Shown here one piece after another: positions 59,757 to 63,513 of a stretch of 63,513 nucleotides of DNA. Where the stretch lies: positions 75,828,001 through 75,891,513 of the forward strand of contig CM052816.1 in assembly GCA_028534125.1 (NCBI GenBank). The letters are read 5' to 3'. Both the position numbers and the translations under genes were made by a program. The DNA is from Lama glama (taxonomy: Eukaryota). Each line of letters begins with the position of its first letter. Positions within the stretch are counted from its first letter, which is position 1. The notes under the pieces were generated by a model, which searched no databases, had not been told where the DNA came from, and saw only the letters and a program-made list of their open reading frames with translations.

Positions 59757-60859
59757 AAGAGTATGACGAGCTTTAGGCATATGTTTATTTTCCTACTCCT
59801 GTTTGGCTCATGTCCCTTTCAGGTGATAAAGAGATCATTTGTTGAAATAAAGATGTTCCGAAGGACTGTAAATAATACTGTGTAGCAGCAGCCTGTCCTG
59901 TGTTTTTGGACCCTCTAGGAGTGAATGGAAAAGAGTGAAGAGAAGGTTCCAGTCAGAATAGATCTTTTGCATTTATTCCCAGGAAGAAGGAAGCTAGAGT
60001 TTTGGGCCAGGTCTAAATATTTTTCAATGACTAGGAATCAGACCCATCAGCATATTCTCTTCTCTGAATATTTATGGTTTGTTCTATATCTCGTCCCTGT
60101 GGAACTTCCTGAGCTAAGAGAACTTCCTGAAGAAGATAATGAGATCTCAGAAATATGCTATTTGGCATCCGAAGAAAGTCCAGATTTAAACTATCAGCAT
60201 GGTCACTTGCTGACATCTTCCAAGTGTCCAGCTGTTATCATCACAACACGTTCATGTCTCGGTCTTGGGACATCTAGTTTACAGCAGTGTCTTAATGGCA
60301 AAATAGTTGGTAAGGATGTTTTTTCTGCGTATTTGACTTGTTAAAGAAAAACAATTTTGGGGAAGTGATGGTGAGGGCGGAGAAACATATTTTCATGGTG
60401 ATGAAGCCACAGTAAATTTCTAGAGGAAGAAAAGCTGTCATTTTCTTGACCTTTTGAGATTCTCCGTGAAGTTTAATCCCCCATCAGTTTCCTAATTCAT
60501 ATGAATTAGGTCTGATTTTAAAAACTGGGGTAGTATATACCTTAGGTACTTTCTTTTGTGGGAACTGTGTTTAAGGTGATCCTTAAACTACTTGGTTATT
60601 TAAGCTAAAATAAGATAGTTACTCACTTTCATTTCCCATTTTCTGATAGTCATTATCTAAAAAAGAAAAAGACAAAAATAACCAAAAAACCTAACTCAAT
60701 TGGATTGAATGTTGGCTGATTTGTGCCTCCTTTGAATAATATTTCGATCTGATACCTATTGGGATGCTCAGAAAACCTTAAAATCTTTAGAGGGTCATGT
60801 TTCCTTTGTGACAGCAGAAAGGTGCTATGGACTTCCTGGGTTCCTTTGGAAAAACTTTA

Positions 60860-61465
60860 TCAAAGTAAAAAATACACATATCAGAAAAGTACATGTAGCA
60901 TCAGTATGAAAATCATTACATTTTCAGGTACTGAATGCACCTGTTTAACCAGCACTGTGCTCAGAAAGCAAAACACTGTCAGCACCACACAAGCCCCTCT
61001 AGTCCCTAACTCTTTCCCCACCAGGTAACCATGACGTTGATTTCTAATGACATAGACCATTTTTGCCTGTTTTTATACTTTCAGTCATGTTTTGGTCCCA
61101 TTAAGGACATTGTTCACCATGCACTCTTTCGTACCTGGCTTCTTCCATTCAACATTATGTTGATGAGGGTCATCGTATTGCATATAGTTGCTGATCATTT
61201 TCATTTCTGAATAGCATGTAAATATACATTGTTTATTTATCAATTTTACTGTTGATGGAATTTGGGTATTTCTGTCTTCCTGTCCGTTATGAATAGTTTG
61301 GCTATGAACATCCTAGGACATGCCTTTGGTGACTAGACCTATGTATTTGAATTGGATTTATACTTACGCATGGAATTGCTCAGTCGTAGGATATTCATAT
61401 GTTCGGCTTTAGTACATACTACCAAACCATTTTCTTAAGTTGTTGTACAATTTACTATCTCATCC
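60860..61465 (-). mobile_element. Old L1 (L1MC/ME-type) 3' fragment
   Basis: ccaggtaaccatgacgttgatttctaatgacatag...ctggcttcttccattcaacattatg...tggaattgctcagtcgtagg. Confidence 0.8.
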
Positions 61466-62332
61466 TAGGGTTCTTTAGATTGGTATTCAAGAGGTGTAAA
61501 GGAGAACGGATGGTTCAACAAGAGTCCTGTTGTTAAAATCAGATTGTGGGAAAAGGTAGAACCCTGATGAGTGTACTTTTCACCCCCAAGGCTCTGATCT
61601 TTTCCTAACTCTTATTTAATGCTTAATCCCTATGCGTCTTTTGTTTAACTGAGGGTGACACTTAGATAATGTTGCTAGGAACTTTCTTATAAGATACAAG
61701 ATGGTTTAAAATAGTTTTTAAACTGTTTATACTAAAGAAAAAATTTTAAAATTGAGTCACTAGAGAAGATTATCTCTCTCTGTGTCAAGAAAATGTTAAG
61801 TGAGTAGAACCTGTGTTTTTCTTGGTGGCTTTTATTCAATTTGCTACCAGATTTCCACTAAAGTAAGAGAGACAAAGGGAAATGGTGAAATGTTGGAACA
61901 ATTTTTATTGGAAGAAAAAAATGCTTTTCAGTGGGGGCACAACATAATACCTATGAAAATATATTGACATATCTGCCTGAAAATATCTCTAAAGAAATGA
62001 GAATGAATTTGAATATTTCCTCACAACAATGAAATTTATTGTAAGAAAACATACCCATCCAATTTTCTTTGGACAGTTTTCTTCAAGGGATCTGAGTAGT
62101 CCAAAGTACTCAACTAAATATTTGTAAATTCTCAGAGTATAAACATTATCATTATTAATGAGCAATTTAGTGTTTGTTATAGCCTGTGTATTAATTTTAG
62201 GTAAAATATTAGGTAAATATTAGAGTGGTCTTACATGCTATATATGCACCAGCCTTTTAGTAATCTACAATATTTGATCATATTTATTTTTTGATTTGAA
62301 GGATAATTTTATTATATCCAGGAGTTCTGGGA

Positions 62333-62360
62333 TACACACACACACACACCCACACACACA
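62333..62360. repeat. (AC)n microsatellite, interrupted
   Basis: AC run with one interruption; a second AC run lies at about 62570-62591. Confidence 0.9.
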
Positions 62361-63513
62361 TAAGCTTTATTTTCTCACCTATTACTGTGGGCATGTATAT
62401 AATTAATTTTGTACAATTGTATTCTGAACCAGTTTTTCTTGGTTTAGAATACAGTATGTAATTAAATATGGCTTTTGGGAGGAAATAAATCATATAGATT
62501 CCCAGAACATACTATGAGTGAAAATGCTATCTCTTTCTCTGAGAGTGTTGCATAATATTACTCTACACTCACACACACACACACACACACATGCACACGC
62601 ACATTATGATGACCTTATGATGTGCAGTAGGGAAAGTTTATTTTTGCAAAAGCCATGCATTCCAGTGTAGCTAGGGAATCACTGAGTGCTCTGCTCAGCT
62701 GTTTGGATTTTGTGCCACAGGGAGCCAATTAAAGTTTTTCACAGAGGAGTGAGATAAGAGATGCTTTAGGAAGATGATTCCAGAAGGAATTGGAAGCAGG
62801 AAGAAGATGTAGAAGCCCAAAGTGGCTCATGTGCTACAACTCTTGAAACTCATAATCATCTCTGTAGAACATTATGAACCATTGTTATATTAAGCTTAAA
62901 ACAACTAAGACTATAATCTTGTGTTATAAACACCACCTCATACCAAATTCAAGCACAGACAAGCTGCGGATTTGTCAAAGTTTTAAGAAAAAATATGGGG
63001 CAAACACATTCCATTGGACAAAAAAATAATAATCCATTAATTGTCTTACCTCCTGAAAAATCTTAAAAGAAAGCCGCTAAGATTTGATTTAAAAAGAAAT
63101 CTCAAGCCATGTCTTGGAACCTCAGTGTTCTACAGAAGGGAACCTTGAGAGCTTTTTATTCTGCTGTTTCTCTTGGCAATGAAGACTTGAATAGAAAGGA
63201 GATAATAAGAGCCAGAAAATAAGGGATTTTGTGAAGAAGTTGACAAATGACTGATGATGGATGATGAGGGGCAGATAAGTGCTAAAATATTAATGGCTCT
63301 TACGTGGAAATCCTTTTTAACGAATCCAAAGCTTCCATTCTGACTTGGAATTGGTGATAGATCCCTCATGTTTGGTAATCTTCCTTTTAACGTTTCTTTC
63401 TTTAAAAAGCAGTCATATGTTCATAGGTAGGAACAGATAGAGAAAGCACTCTTAGAAACCACACTTGTCTTATCTCTCAGTATTCATGCTGCACTGCTAC
63501 TGTTCAGAATCAC

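Noticed and set aside
59925..60344. 139-aa plus-strand ORF with an acidic stretch
   Set aside because: No recognisable domain and no convincing acceptor/donor pair; the length is within chance for 63 kb. A tBLASTn/PhyloCSF test would settle it.
63043..63075. Minus-strand ttttaag-atttttcag-gag|gtaaga possible 3- or 12-nt microexon
   Set aside because: Opposite to the inferred host strand and motif-only evidence; worth revisiting if the host is on the minus strand.
1..63513. CRISPR array, operon, prophage, CpG island, NUMT, snRNA/snoRNA/rRNA or processed pseudogene
   Set aside because: None seen by eye. The DNA is mammalian and repeat-rich, and the direct repeats found are TSD pairs rather than regularly spaced arrays. 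An Rfam/BLAST scan was not possible.

Overview
AT-rich, CpG-poor mammalian genomic DNA, most likely camelid: two tRNA-Ala-derived Vic-1-like SINEs are present, and no Alu, B1, Bov-tA/BovB, PRE-1 or SINEC copies were seen. I could not recognise any host protein-coding exon, RNA gene or CpG island. The only ORFs with recognisable protein similarity are broken L1 ORF2 and CR1/L3 ORF2 fragments. The window is a mosaic of interspersed repeats (L1 of several ages, L2, L3/CR1, MIR, two ERV1 solo LTRs, MaLR LTRs, hAT and Tc2 DNA transposons) with unique spacers. All seven LTRs I could orient lie on the minus strand, which hints at a large intron of a plus-strand gene. I see no evidence of a new multi-gene system. 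The best leads are: a MER41-like solo LTR that keeps the tandem GAS (STAT) site layout; a target site hit first by a SINE and then by an L1, leaving three copies of the target; an L1 RT with YADD instead of FADD; two twin-primed L1s; several ultra-short retro-insertions; and a few candidate enhancers and cryptic exons. Repeat family names come from remembered consensus similarity, not a database search. Boundaries without a quoted TSD are approximate.
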